A DNA stretch of 64,000 bases from Candidatus Sumerlaeia bacterium (GTDB taxonomy: Bacteria; Sumerlaeota; Sumerlaeia; SLMS01; JANRJK01): positions 1 to 64,000 of the forward strand of contig JANRJK010000005.1 in NCBI GenBank assembly GCA_033764015.1. Reading direction: 5' to 3'. Of this stretch, positions 9,991-19,838 are shown in pieces; the first letter of the stretch is position 1, and every line of letters begins with the position of its first letter. A program made the position numbers and the translations under genes. The notes under the pieces are model-generated. The model was given only the letters and a program-made list of their open reading frames with translations, searched no databases and had not been told where the DNA came from.

Positions 9991-10863
9991 TTGCAAGACG
10001 TCACGCTGCTCCAGGAAGCACTCCCCTACTTCCGCCGCTTCAAGGGGACCACATTCGTCGTCAAGATCGGCGGCGAAGCGGTCCGCGACCGCCGCACGCT
10101 CGACAACTTCGCCGAGGACGTCGCGCTGCTGCACAGCGTCGGCATCCGCGTGGTGCTGGTGCACGGAGGCGGGCCGCAGATCACGGAGCTGGAGAAGCAG
10201 CTCGGCATCGAAACCCGCATGGTGGGCGGACGCCGCGTCACCGACGAGGGTTCGCTGCGCGCGGTCGTGATGGTCTTGGCGGGCCAGATGAACGTGGACA
10301 TCTGCGCGGCCTTCCGCCGCCAGCAGATCCCCGCCATGGGGCTCTGCGGCGTGAGCGCCGGCATCATCAACGCCCGCAAGCGCCCCCCCGTGAAGGTGTC
10401 CGGCGGCGGCGACCTGCCGATCGACTTCGGCCTTGTGGGCGACATCGTCTCGATCAACACCGCCCCCATCGAGCTGCTGCTCGACAACGGCATGGTCCCC
10501 GTCCTGTCGCCGCTCGGCAGCGACGAAGAGGGGAACTACTTCAACATCAACGCCGACACGTCAGCGGCTCGCATCGCGGCGGCGCTCAAGGCGGAGAAGC
10601 TGCTCCTGACCAGCGCGGTGCCCGGGGTGCTCACGGACCCGAAGGACCGCACGACGCTGATCAGCCAGCTCACGGTCGCGCAGGCGCGCGAGGTCGTCCG
10701 CCAAGGGATCGCCGACGGCGGCATGATCCCGAAGATCGAGGAAGCGATCCGCGCGCTCGAGATGGGCGTCCGCCGCGCGCACATCCTCAGCGCCACGGAG
10801 CCGCACCAGCTCTTGATGGAGACCTTCACACAGGCTGGCTGCGGGACGATGCTCGTCCCCTGA
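9991..10863 (+). CDS. argB: acetylglutamate kinase
   Basis: VVKIGG, VHGGGPQI, GRRVTD, NINAD, GGMIPKI motifs. Confidence 0.93.
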   Translation: MQDVTLLQEALPYFRRFKGTTFVVKIGGEAVRDRRTLDNFAEDVALLHSVGIRVVLVHGGGPQITELEKQLGIETRMVGGRRVTDEGSLRAVVMVLAGQMNVDICAAFRRQQIPAMGLCGVSAGIINARKRPPVKVSGGGDLPIDFGLVGDIVSINTAPIELLLDNGMVPVLSPLGSDEEGNYFNINADTSAARIAAALKAEKLLLTSAVPGVLTDPKDRTTLISQLTVAQAREVVRQGIADGGMIPKIEEAIRALEMGVRRAHILSATEPHQLLMETFTQAGCGTMLVP

Positions 10864-10873
10864 AGCCCGCGCC

Positions 10874-12280
10874 CTAGGCGAGGACCGCCTCGGGGAAGAT
10901 CGGATCGCGGCGGTTCACGTCGAGGGGCACGCCGAGTTCGTCCGCGAGCCGCCGCGTGGCGGCGAGGTCCACCTCGGGCAGGTCGATGGCGGAGGCGACG
11001 GTCGGAAAGCCGCTCGCCTTGGCCTGGCGGATGAACTCGACGACCGCGGGGAAGGCGCGCTCGCGGTCGTGCGGGTGGCAGATGGCGTTGTAGCTGTCGC
11101 GGTCCGGCGCGTTGAGCGACACACTGACCAGATCCAGCAGGCCCTCCAGCTTCTTCCACAACGAGGGGCCGTGCAGCAGCAGGCCCTGGCCGTTGGTCTG
11201 GAGGATCACGCGCTTGCCGGCGGCCTTCGCGGCGCGGGCGACCACCTGCAGTTCATCGAGGCGGAAGAGCGATTCGCCGAGGCCGCTGAACACGACGTCG
11301 CCGTAGCTCTTGTACTCCTCCCGCAGGATCGAGCCGGTGATCGCGTCGACGTCGGGATCGTGGTCCAGCAGCAACTGGTGCCCGCGGTAGACGCCGTCGC
11401 CGTGGCGCGCGCAGAACTCGCAGTTGTTGGTGCACATGTTGGTCAGGTTCACGTGGATCTGGTTCGAGTTGATGAAGACCGCCTGCGGCGCGTACTCGCG
11501 CGACAGGCGGAACGCCCGCTCCGCGTTGTAGTTGGTGATGCGCTCGACGTCGCGATAGGACTCCCCGAGCATCTCGGACAGCGTCCGGGCGGTGATGGGG
11601 AGGTTCGCCGGCTCGTTGCGGCGGCCGCGCTTCGCCTGCGGCGACAGGTACGGGGAGTCGGTCTCTAGGATCAGGTGGTGGATGCCGACGGCGGCGAGCG
11701 ACTCGCGCAGGTCCTCGGCGCGGTTGTAGGTGCAGGTGCCGCCGACGCCGAGCACGAAGCCCATCTCGACAAGCGCGCGGGCGTCCTGCGTGGTGCCGGA
11801 GAAGCAGTGGCAGACGCCGCCGATCTCCTGCCCTCGCTCCGCCTCGAGGTCCTCCAGAAGATCCGCGTACGCATCGCGGCAATGCATGGAAACGGGGAGC
11901 CGGTGCTGGCGCGCGAGCGCGAGCTGGCGGCGGAAGACCTCGCGCTGCTTGTCGTGGCCGAAATGGTGGTGGTGGTAGTCCAGCCCGATCTCGCCGATGC
12001 AGACCACGCGCTCGCACTCGGCGAGCAGCTGCAGTTCGGACTCCGTCTCGGGGGTGTACTCGGCGGCGGCGTGCGGGTGGACTCCGACCGCCGCCAGCAC
12101 CTCGGGGGTTTTGCGGGCGAGGGAGACCGCCTTGCGGCTGTTGAGCAGGTTGTCGCCGAGCGTGAGGATCCGCGTGACGCCGGCCGCGCGGGCCCGGTCG
12201 AGCACGCGGTCGAGGTCGCGCTCGAACTTTTCGTCCTGCAGGTGTGCGTGCGTATCGAAGAAGTTCAAGGAATTCCTCAC
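10874..12280 (-). CDS. tatD: TatD family DNase fused to TatD-associated radical SAM domain
   Basis: DTHAH, GVHPH, GEIGLDY, HCF, ETDSPYL, NEP followed by NLTNMCTNNCEFC (CxxxCxxC), VFSGLGE, TNG, SVSLNA. Confidence 0.9.
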   Translation of the reverse strand: MRNSLNFFDTHAHLQDEKFERDLDRVLDRARAAGVTRILTLGDNLLNSRKAVSLARKTPEVLAAVGVHPHAAAEYTPETESELQLLAECERVVCIGEIGLDYHHHHFGHDKQREVFRRQLALARQHRLPVSMHCRDAYADLLEDLEAERGQEIGGVCHCFSGTTQDARALVEMGFVLGVGGTCTYNRAEDLRESLAAVGIHHLILETDSPYLSPQAKRGRRNEPANLPITARTLSEMLGESYRDVERITNYNAERAFRLSREYAPQAVFINSNQIHVNLTNMCTNNCEFCARHGDGVYRGHQLLLDHDPDVDAITGSILREEYKSYGDVVFSGLGESLFRLDELQVVARAAKAAGKRVILQTNGQGLLLHGPSLWKKLEGLLDLVSVSLNAPDRDSYNAICHPHDRERAFPAVVEFIRQAKASGFPTVASAIDLPEVDLAATRRLADELGVPLDVNRRDPIFPEAVLA

Positions 12281-12405
12281 CGGCTTTGTTCGAGCATGGC
12301 GGCTCTTTCCCGCATTTAGAATGAGGGTGCCGGAGGCAAGCAAGCGGCATCGCGCATGCCACGGCAAGCGCGCGGGCCGGCCAGTACTGCTGGAACGTCG
12401 GGAAG

Positions 12406-12762
12406 CTAAGGGCGGGCCGCGCCGCCGGACTTGAGGAGATCGCGGAGCTGCTTGTCGGCGATCTCCGCCTCCACGCTCGTCAGCTCCTGCTGCATCGCTT
12501 CCGCGCGGCCCTCGAGCCGTTCCGCGCGCTCGGAGTAGAGCGCGGCGCGGGCCTGCTCCTCGGCGAGCGCGGAGCGGAGGTCGCGCAGCTCGTCGTACAG
12601 CTCCGCCGTGTCGGAGCCGGAGAGCTCGCTGCTTCCGGGGATCGGGAGCGGCGAGTAGGACCGCCAAGCGTAGCCCGCCACCAGTCCCGCCGCGAGGGCG
12701 GCAAGCGCCGCCTTCCACGGGGGAAGCGGTCCGGACTTCTTGCGCGATCTCGGAGCGGTCAT
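12406..12762 (-). CDS. hypothetical membrane-anchored coiled-coil protein
   Basis: MTAPRSRKK start, one TM, then heptad-rich acidic helix. Confidence 0.6.
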   Translation of the reverse strand: MTAPRSRKKSGPLPPWKAALAALAAGLVAGYAWRSYSPLPIPGSSELSGSDTAELYDELRDLRSALAEEQARAALYSERAERLEGRAEAMQQELTSVEAEIADKQLRDLLKSGGAARP

Positions 12763-13042
12763 AGCGGGCGGGGCGGAGGCCTCCTCGGGCGTCAGCCCGG
12801 TCTTTGGCGCGGGGCGCGCCACACTGTCAACCCGCTCCCCAACCCGAGTGCCGGGAAAACCTCGCTGCCTCGGGTGCAACTCCCTCTTCAATCCGCCTGC
12901 AACGCTCGGCCCGCATCCCACCCCGAGTCCACTCTCCGCGACGTCGTCCAACACCACGGCCGCCGCGCGCGGGGCGATTCCTCTGGAGCGCGGCGCGCCG
13001 TTCGATGTTACTGACCGCCAACCGACGTCCGAAGGCGCGACG

Positions 13043-15886
13043 ATGGACTCCCAGAATCCCACGGTTCCGGCGACACAGGAAGACCTTTCGACTCTCCTGC
13101 CGGCGTCGCCGGAGGCGACGTACAATCGCAGCCGCACCCTGACGGCCGCGCCCGATGCGGACGGGTCCCGGCTGGCCGCCACCGCCCCGCTCGACGATTG
13201 GACCGCCGCGACTCGCGTGACCGTCTCCGTGCCTGCGGCTCCGGGCGCGCCGATGGCGCCGGAGGATGGTCCGGGGCGCGCCGACTACACGATGGTGCGT
13301 GTGATCGGAGCCGGCGGCATGGGGCAGGTGTGGGAAGCGGAGCAACGGTCGCTCAACCGAATCGTGGCCGTGAAGCGGCTGAGTCCCCGGCTGGAGGCCG
13401 CGCGCGGCGTCTCGCCCTCGGACGCGGTCCACCTCCGCGAGGAGTTCCGCCGCGAGGCGCTCATCTCCGCCCGCCTCGAACACCCCAACATCGTTCCCGT
13501 GCACGACCGCGCGATCGACGGGGACGGGAACCCGCTCCTCGCGATGAAGCGCGTGCATGGCCGCCCCTGGAGCGACATGCTGCGCGAGGACTTCGCGTCG
13601 ATGCCGGAGGGCGAGTACCTCCGCAAGCACCTCGCGATCCTCCAGCAGATGACACTCGCGGTCGCCTTCGCGCATTCCAAGGGAATCGTCCACCGCGACC
13701 TCAAGCCGTCGCAGGTGATGGTGGGCGAGTTCGGTGAGGCGCTGCTGATGGACTGGGGCCTCGCGTTTTTCACCGGCGAGGATCCGGACGACGTGGACTG
13801 GGTCGGCCGCGTGGGCGTCACGCGCCAAGAAACCGCGAGCAACCCCTCCGGCACCGTGGCGTACATGGCGCCGGAGCAAACGCGGCACGAGCCCGACGGC
13901 CTCGGCACCTGGACCGATGTGTACCTCCTCGGCGCGACGCTTTACCAAGTGCTAACCGGGACCCATCCGCATCGGGCGGCGAACTCGGCGATCGCCTTCG
14001 AGCGCGCGCGCCGCGGCGTTGTGGAGGCGCCTTCCGCCCGGGCTCCGGGGCGCCGGATCGCGCCGGAGCTGGAGGCGATTTGCCTGCGCGCGATGGCGGC
14101 GGACCGCAAGGAGCGCTTCGAAAGCGCGCGCGCGTTTCATGACGCGGTCGAGGCATACCAGTCCGGGGCCTCGCAGCGCGAGGAGTCGCGCGCCATCGCC
14201 GAACGCGTCTCAGCGTCCGCGGGGGAACTGGCGACCTATGCCGCCTTCAACGCTGCGCTGTCGGAAGCGCAGCGGGCGCGGCAGCTCTGGCCGGAGAACC
14301 CGGCCCTCGATCCCCTCGAGTCTCGCTTGCTCCTTGCGAACGCGGAGTTTGCGCTGGGAGAAGGCGACTTGCGCCTTGCAGCGGTGCTCGCGGACCGGCT
14401 GCCCACGGGCGAGCCGCGCGCGCGGGTGGAGGCCCGGATCCTCGCGCTCGAAGAGGGGCGCGCCGCCCGCGAGCGCCAACGCCGCGCGCTCATGGTAGCC
14501 TCCTTCGCGTTCCTTGCTCTGCTGGTCCTCGCGGGCGCGGGGTTCATCTGGCACATCGAGGTCTCCCGCCGAGAGATTGAGTTGGAACGCAACCGCGCGG
14601 TGACCGCCGAAAGCGAAGCGGAGCGGCAGCGCGCGGAAGCGGTCTCCGAGCGCGACCGCGCGCAGGCTTCCCGCGCGGAGTCCGAGGAACTTGTCACCTT
14701 CATGGTCGAGGACCTCGCCACCCGGCTTGAAGCGGTTGGCCGACTCGACGTGCTCGACTCGGTTCTCGACAAGGTCGGCGCGCAAATGGAGTCGCGCCGG
14801 CAGCGCACGCTCACCGCACAAGAGCGCGAGGCGACGGGACGCCTGCTGGAGCGCATCGTGGACGTGCGCATGGCGCAGGGGAACATTCCCGAAGCCGAGG
14901 CGGCCGCGGCACGCGTGCTCGAGTTGGCAATGGCCGCGGTGGCGGCGAACCCGGACGACGCGTACGCCTACAACAGCCTCGGTTCCGCATGGGCGCGCGT
15001 GGGGAGCTTGCGCCTCGCGAAGGGCGAGTACGACGTCGCCCTCGATGCGCTTCGCAAGTTCGAGTCGAACGCCGAGCAGGCCCTCGCCCTGGTCCCCGGC
15101 TCCGACCAGTTCCGGTACAACCTCTCGACCGCGAATGGGTTCGTGGCGCACGCGCTAAACGGCCTCGGCGACCGGGCGGGGGCTGCCGCCAGCTACGGAC
15201 GCATGAGGGCGCGCCTGGAGGAAGTGCTGGCCAAGGATCCGGAAAAAGCCGAATGGCTCCGCGATCTCGCTGTGGCCTACACGATGGAGGGGGTCCTAGC
15301 CCAGGCAGCGGAAGACTATCCACGCGCTGCGGACTCCTACCTCGCCGCCCAAGGAATCCTTCAGCGCCTGCTCGGCGACGGCCCGCCCGACACACTCGTC
15401 CTGCACGACATGGGTGCGAACTGGCAGTTCCGGGGTCAGGTTGCGAAAGCAACGGGCAACCTCGATGAAGCGGTCGCCCACTTCATGGAGTCGCACAGAA
15501 TCGCCCGTGACCTCGTCGAGCTCGAACCCGCGAACGTCGCTTGGCGCCGCATTTACCGCACCGCGACCGAGCATCTCGGCTCAGCGCAGCGGGCGGCGAA
15601 GCAGCTGGATCAGGCGCTTTCCACCTATCGTGAAGCGATCGTGTTCTTCCTTGGCCGCCTTGCCGCCGACCCCTCCGACGAGTCATCTGCCTCAACCGCG
15701 GCCGACATGCATCTCCGCGCGGGCTACGTGTTCTCCGATCTTGGCGATGCGGAGAGGGAGATCACCGAGTACGAGGCCGGGATCGCGATCCTCGAGGCCA
15801 TCCCGGACCGCTCGGAGAGCGCCTCGGAAGCTCTCGCCAAGCTCCACGCCCTCGTCGAGAAGTTGCGCGCTCCTCCCTCGGATTGA
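13043..15886 (+). CDS. Hanks-type Ser/Thr protein kinase with TM helix and TPR-like C-terminal domain
   Basis: IGAGGMGQVW, VAVK, LEHPNIVPVH, HRDLKPSQ, DWG, GTVAYMAPEQ, DVYLLG; TM FAFLALLVLAGAGFIW; helical repeats. Confidence 0.92.
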   Translation: MDSQNPTVPATQEDLSTLLPASPEATYNRSRTLTAAPDADGSRLAATAPLDDWTAATRVTVSVPAAPGAPMAPEDGPGRADYTMVRVIGAGGMGQVWEAEQRSLNRIVAVKRLSPRLEAARGVSPSDAVHLREEFRREALISARLEHPNIVPVHDRAIDGDGNPLLAMKRVHGRPWSDMLREDFASMPEGEYLRKHLAILQQMTLAVAFAHSKGIVHRDLKPSQVMVGEFGEALLMDWGLAFFTGEDPDDVDWVGRVGVTRQETASNPSGTVAYMAPEQTRHEPDGLGTWTDVYLLGATLYQVLTGTHPHRAANSAIAFERARRGVVEAPSARAPGRRIAPELEAICLRAMAADRKERFESARAFHDAVEAYQSGASQREESRAIAERVSASAGELATYAAFNAALSEAQRARQLWPENPALDPLESRLLLANAEFALGEGDLRLAAVLADRLPTGEPRARVEARILALEEGRAARERQRRALMVASFAFLALLVLAGAGFIWHIEVSRREIELERNRAVTAESEAERQRAEAVSERDRAQASRAESEELVTFMVEDLATRLEAVGRLDVLDSVLDKVGAQMESRRQRTLTAQEREATGRLLERIVDVRMAQGNIPEAEAAAARVLELAMAAVAANPDDAYAYNSLGSAWARVGSLRLAKGEYDVALDALRKFESNAEQALALVPGSDQFRYNLSTANGFVAHALNGLGDRAGAAASYGRMRARLEEVLAKDPEKAEWLRDLAVAYTMEGVLAQAAEDYPRAADSYLAAQGILQRLLGDGPPDTLVLHDMGANWQFRGQVAKATGNLDEAVAHFMESHRIARDLVELEPANVAWRRIYRTATEHLGSAQRAAKQLDQALSTYREAIVFFLGRLAADPSDESSASTAADMHLRAGYVFSDLGDAEREITEYEAGIAILEAIPDRSESASEALAKLHALVEKLRAPPSD

Positions 15887-16052
15887 CCGGGGCCGTGGCG
15901 CATCCGCCGGCGAACTGCCCACTCGCCCCACTCCGCCCAGCAAGCCCGCTGCCCCGCCGCCTGCGGTGCTGGGCGCCGCCGTGCTTCCGCTTGCCGGTGC
16001 CTGCGGGAGTGGGACAAGAATGCGGGTCGGGCGACCCGCCCAGGAGATTGCC

Positions 16053-16868
16053 GTGCCGTCGTCCCTCCCGCCCACCGCCGCCCACCTCGCCGCGCCGACC
16101 TTGGCGGAACCCGCCAGCGCGGAGGAGCGCGGCCTCTTCGCCGCGCTTGATCCGACGCGGTTGCCGCGGCATGTCGCGGTCATCATGGACGGCAACGGGC
16201 GCTGGGCGAAGCGCCGCTCGCTCGCCTCGCGCATCAACGGGCACGAGGCGGGCGTCGACGCGGTCCGCGCGGCCACGCGCACGGCCACGGCGCTGCGCCT
16301 GCACGCGCTGACGCTTTATGCCTTCTCCAGCGAAAATTGGAGCCGCCCCCGCCACGAGATCGAGGCGCTCATGGCGCTGCTCGACCGGTTCCTGGTCGAG
16401 GAACTGGCCGAATTGATGGAGAACAACATCCGCCTGCAGGCGATGGGGCGGCTTTCGGAACTCCGCGCCTCGACGCGGCGCAAGCTCGACGACGCCATCG
16501 CGCGCACCTCGGGCAACGACGGCCTGCGGCTGACGCTCGCGCTGAGCTACGGCGGGCGGCAGGAGCTCGCGGACGCCGCCCGGCGTCTCGCCGAGGACGT
16601 CGCCGCCGGGCGTCTCGCTCCGGCGGAGGTGGACGAGGCCGCCCTCGCGTCGCGCCTCTACCTGCCGGACCTGCCCGACCCGGACCTGCTGGTCCGCACC
16701 AGCGGCGAGCTGCGCATCAGCAACTTCCTACTGTGGCAGCTCGCCTACACGGAGCTGGTGATCCTCGATGTGCTGTGGCCCGACTTCCGCCGCGTCCACT
16801 TCCTGGGCGCGCTGGTGGAGTACCAGAAGCGCGACCGCCGCTTCGGCGGCGTCCGGCAGGAGGAGTAG
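16053..16868 (+). CDS. uppS: isoprenyl transferase (undecaprenyl diphosphate synthase)
   Basis: PRHVAVIMDGNGRWA, YAFSSENW, SYGGR, DPDLLVRTSGELRISNFLLWQ, RRFGG; exact start uncertain. Confidence 0.95.
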   Translation: MPSSLPPTAAHLAAPTLAEPASAEERGLFAALDPTRLPRHVAVIMDGNGRWAKRRSLASRINGHEAGVDAVRAATRTATALRLHALTLYAFSSENWSRPRHEIEALMALLDRFLVEELAELMENNIRLQAMGRLSELRASTRRKLDDAIARTSGNDGLRLTLALSYGGRQELADAARRLAEDVAAGRLAPAEVDEAALASRLYLPDLPDPDLLVRTSGELRISNFLLWQLAYTELVILDVLWPDFRRVHFLGALVEYQKRDRRFGGVRQEE

Positions 16869-16872
16869 CGCA

Positions 16873-17376
16873 ATGGCGCAGCGAGCGTTGAACCCGATCG
16901 CGCCGGCGATTCTGCTCGTGGCGTTCATGAACTCGACGGTGCTGATGGGCGTCGTTGCATTCCTCATGGCGCCCGAGTCCACCGGGGCTCCGGTGCCTCA
17001 CCTCGATTTGGCGCTCGCCAGCGTCGGCTTGTTGCAGGCGATCGCCGGCGTGGCGCTTGGGTACAAGTCGACCCCGGCGGTCGGCTGGTACTGGCAGCAG
17101 TCGAACCTGTTGCCCGTCGCCGGAAACAACGTCGCGCGCGACTCTGGATCGAGCTACCTCGGCCGGTTCCAGACGCGCGTGATCGTCGCGCTCGCGCTCG
17201 CGGAGGGTTCCGCGGTGTTCGGCCTGGTGATCGCGGTCCTCGGGTGGAGCAAGACGGTGGGCCTCGCGATGCTCGGCCTGTCGTTCGTTGGCGTCGTGCT
17301 GGTCGCTCCTGCGGTGCTGCTCGGAGTGAAGACGGCGAAGGCGCTGCTGGCGCTCGAAGCCTCAGCGCGCGGGTAG
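16873..17376 (+). CDS. hypothetical membrane protein (4 TM)
   Basis: ATG 4 nt after the uppS stop with GGAG upstream; hydrophobic; ALALAEGSAVFGLV motif. Confidence 0.7.
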   Translation: MAQRALNPIAPAILLVAFMNSTVLMGVVAFLMAPESTGAPVPHLDLALASVGLLQAIAGVALGYKSTPAVGWYWQQSNLLPVAGNNVARDSGSSYLGRFQTRVIVALALAEGSAVFGLVIAVLGWSKTVGLAMLGLSFVGVVLVAPAVLLGVKTAKALLALEASARG

Positions 17377-17380
17377 CCGC

Positions 17381-18238
17381 ATGCCGGCCCGATTCTGGGG
17401 CGGGTTGTTCCGCCGCGCGCCGCTCCCCGACCGCGGGTTGGGCGTCGAGGGCGCCTCGCAGCGCTACGCGGAGTGGCTCTCGCGAGCGCGCAACCGCACC
17501 ATCGCGCCGGGTATGGCGGCGCTCGACGACGCCGAGGAGTCGATCACGGAGTTGCTCGCGCTGCCGGAGCCTCCCGCGCAGGGGCTCTCGGACGCGGCGG
17601 CGTTCCTCGGCGAGTCGCTCCGCGCGGAGTGCGGCGGCGCGTGGAGGGAGGACGCGCGCTGGGGGCTCGTGCTCGGCGCGGTGGGCGGCGTGCGGTGCTT
17701 CCGGTTCCGCCCGCTCGAAGCCGTCGAGAAGAAGCGCGAGCTTGGTCCCGCCTTCGCGCTGGCCGGGACGCTGCGCCTGCTGCCGGAGCGAGTGGAGAAG
17801 GAGCGCGCCCTGGGCGAGCCGTTCCCGGGAGCGCCCGCTCCCCCGCCGGGGCCGGCGGAAGCAGCCGCCGCATGGGCGACCTGGTTCGGAGACGGTTGGC
17901 GGGCTCGCTTCGGCCAGCCGCTCGCGCCGAACCTACGCGGCGTCCGCGAACTGGACCGCTACCTCCGCACGCAGTACCTCCTGATGACGGCGCCGGACTC
18001 GGCGTTCGCCGGCGCGGGCTTCTTCCTCGGCGAGGTGGCCCGCGGGCTGTTCGGCGGCGAGTGGCGCCCGTGGCCCGCGGAGGAGCCCTGGAAGGCGGCG
18101 CTCGCATGGCCCGAGTTGCCGTACTACCCCGCCGGACGGGTGTTCAAGATGCTCTCTGAGTTGCCGGAGGCGGAGCCGCTGGACGAGTACGTGCGGCTGG
18201 TGCCGTCGGCCCGCAAGGAGCTGCGCGGGGGCCCATGA
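17381..18238 (+). CDS. hypothetical protein with two internal FLGE..GG.W..P repeats
   Basis: Operonic spacing; two similar halves (AFLGESLRAECGGAW / FFLGEVARGLFGGEW). Confidence 0.65.
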   Translation: MPARFWGGLFRRAPLPDRGLGVEGASQRYAEWLSRARNRTIAPGMAALDDAEESITELLALPEPPAQGLSDAAAFLGESLRAECGGAWREDARWGLVLGAVGGVRCFRFRPLEAVEKKRELGPAFALAGTLRLLPERVEKERALGEPFPGAPAPPPGPAEAAAAWATWFGDGWRARFGQPLAPNLRGVRELDRYLRTQYLLMTAPDSAFAGAGFFLGEVARGLFGGEWRPWPAEEPWKAALAWPELPYYPAGRVFKMLSELPEAEPLDEYVRLVPSARKELRGGP

Positions 18239-18302
18239 AAGGTCCGGCGCGCCAGCCCCGGGGGCCGGCGCGCCGGATGGGTCGCTGCCGGTGTGCGCGG
18301 CG

Positions 18303-19805
18303 CTACTTCGCGGGGAACACCTCGGGAAGCATCGAGCCGGTGCGCTTGAGGTTCAGGTGCAGCTCGAAGGCGCGCTCGAGGATGTGCGGGATGTGGCCGC
18401 GCTCCGCCTCGCCGATGTACTTGTTCAGGTAGTCGCGGTACCCGGGATGGGCGCACTTGTTGATGAGCGTGTGCGCGCGCTCCGTGGGGTCGAGGCCGCG
18501 CAGGTCGGCGATGCCCTGTTCCGTGATGACGACCTGGACCGAGTGCTCGTTGTGGTCCACGTGGGAGCACATCGGCACGAGCGTCGAGATGCGTCCGCCC
18601 TTCGCGGTCGAGGGGCACATGTAGATCGAGATGTAGGCGTTGCGCGTGAAGTCGCCGGAGCCGCCGATGCCGTTCATCATCTGCGAGCCGCAGACGTGCG
18701 TCGAGTTGATGTGGCCGTAGATGTCCACCTCGAGCGCGGTGTTCGTGGTGATGACGCCGAGGCGCCGGATCACGCCGGGGTTGTTGCTGATCTCCTGCGG
18801 GCGCAGGACGATGCGCGGCGCGTAGAAGTCCATGTTCTCGTAGACGCGCTTCATCATTGGCGGGGAAAGCGTGAGGCTGGTGGTCGAAGCGCCGATGAGC
18901 TTCCCGCGCTCCATGAGGGCGATGAGCGAGTCCTGGAACACTTCCGAGTACATGATGAAGGGGGGGATGTCGGGGCTTTCGCCGAGCGCGGACATGACGG
19001 CGTTGGCGATGTTGCCGACGCCGGACTGCATCGGAAGGAACTCGCGCGGGATGCGCCCGGATGTCATTTCGTCGAAGAGGAATTTGATGACGTTTTGGCC
19101 GATGGCGGTGCTGACGGGATCCGGCTCGTCGAAACCGCCGACATCGTCGGGCTCGTTCGTCTCGACCACGCCGATCACCTTGGCGGGATCGACCGTGGCG
19201 AAGTTGAAGCCGATGCGGTCGAGGGCGCCGTAAAGGGGGATCGGGCTGCGGTTCGGGGGCGCGGGCAGGAGGAAGATGTCGGACATCTCGCTCACGCGCG
19301 GCGCGTGGGCGCGGTTGATCTCGATGATGACCTTGTCCGCCTCGCGCAGGAACGTGGGCGACGCGCCGATGGAGCTGCTCAGGAACACGCGCCCGTCCGG
19401 CGTGATGTCGGTGGCCTCGATCACCGCGATGTCGATCTTGCCGAAGAAGCCCTCGGCGACGACCTGCGGCAGGTGCGACAGGTGCATGTCGACGAACTTG
19501 ACCTGCCCGGCGTTGAGCTGCTTCCGCAGCGTGGGGCTGGACTGGTAGGGCGCGCGCCAGGAGATCGCCTCCGCTTGCGCGAGCGCTTCGTCGAGGTCCT
19601 TGCCGGTGGAGGCGCCGGTCAGCACGCGGAGCTTGAAAGCGCGCTCGGCGGCGTGTTCCGCCTTCGCGCGGGTCGCGAGCGCCCGCGGGATCGCCTTCGC
19701 GGCGCCCGAGGGCGTGAAGCCGCTGAAGGCCACGAGCATGTCGTGCTTGATGTGCGCCGCGCCTTCCTCGGCGCTGATGATCGGATAGCGGTGAGCGTAA
19801 ACCAT
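18303..19805 (-). CDS. scpC: succinate/propionyl-CoA CoA-transferase (acetyl-CoA hydrolase/transferase family, ScpC/AarC-like)
   Basis: SGFTPSG, TGAST, DMHLSH, QSGVGNIAN, RPQEISN, NGIGGSGDF, VDHNEH motifs. Confidence 0.88.
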   Translation of the reverse strand: MVYAHRYPIISAEEGAAHIKHDMLVAFSGFTPSGAAKAIPRALATRAKAEHAAERAFKLRVLTGASTGKDLDEALAQAEAISWRAPYQSSPTLRKQLNAGQVKFVDMHLSHLPQVVAEGFFGKIDIAVIEATDITPDGRVFLSSSIGASPTFLREADKVIIEINRAHAPRVSEMSDIFLLPAPPNRSPIPLYGALDRIGFNFATVDPAKVIGVVETNEPDDVGGFDEPDPVSTAIGQNVIKFLFDEMTSGRIPREFLPMQSGVGNIANAVMSALGESPDIPPFIMYSEVFQDSLIALMERGKLIGASTTSLTLSPPMMKRVYENMDFYAPRIVLRPQEISNNPGVIRRLGVITTNTALEVDIYGHINSTHVCGSQMMNGIGGSGDFTRNAYISIYMCPSTAKGGRISTLVPMCSHVDHNEHSVQVVITEQGIADLRGLDPTERAHTLINKCAHPGYRDYLNKYIGEAERGHIPHILERAFELHLNLKRTGSMLPEVFPAK

Positions 19806-19838
19806 GTTTGGGTGGGTATGCCCTTGCGTGGAGTGTGG

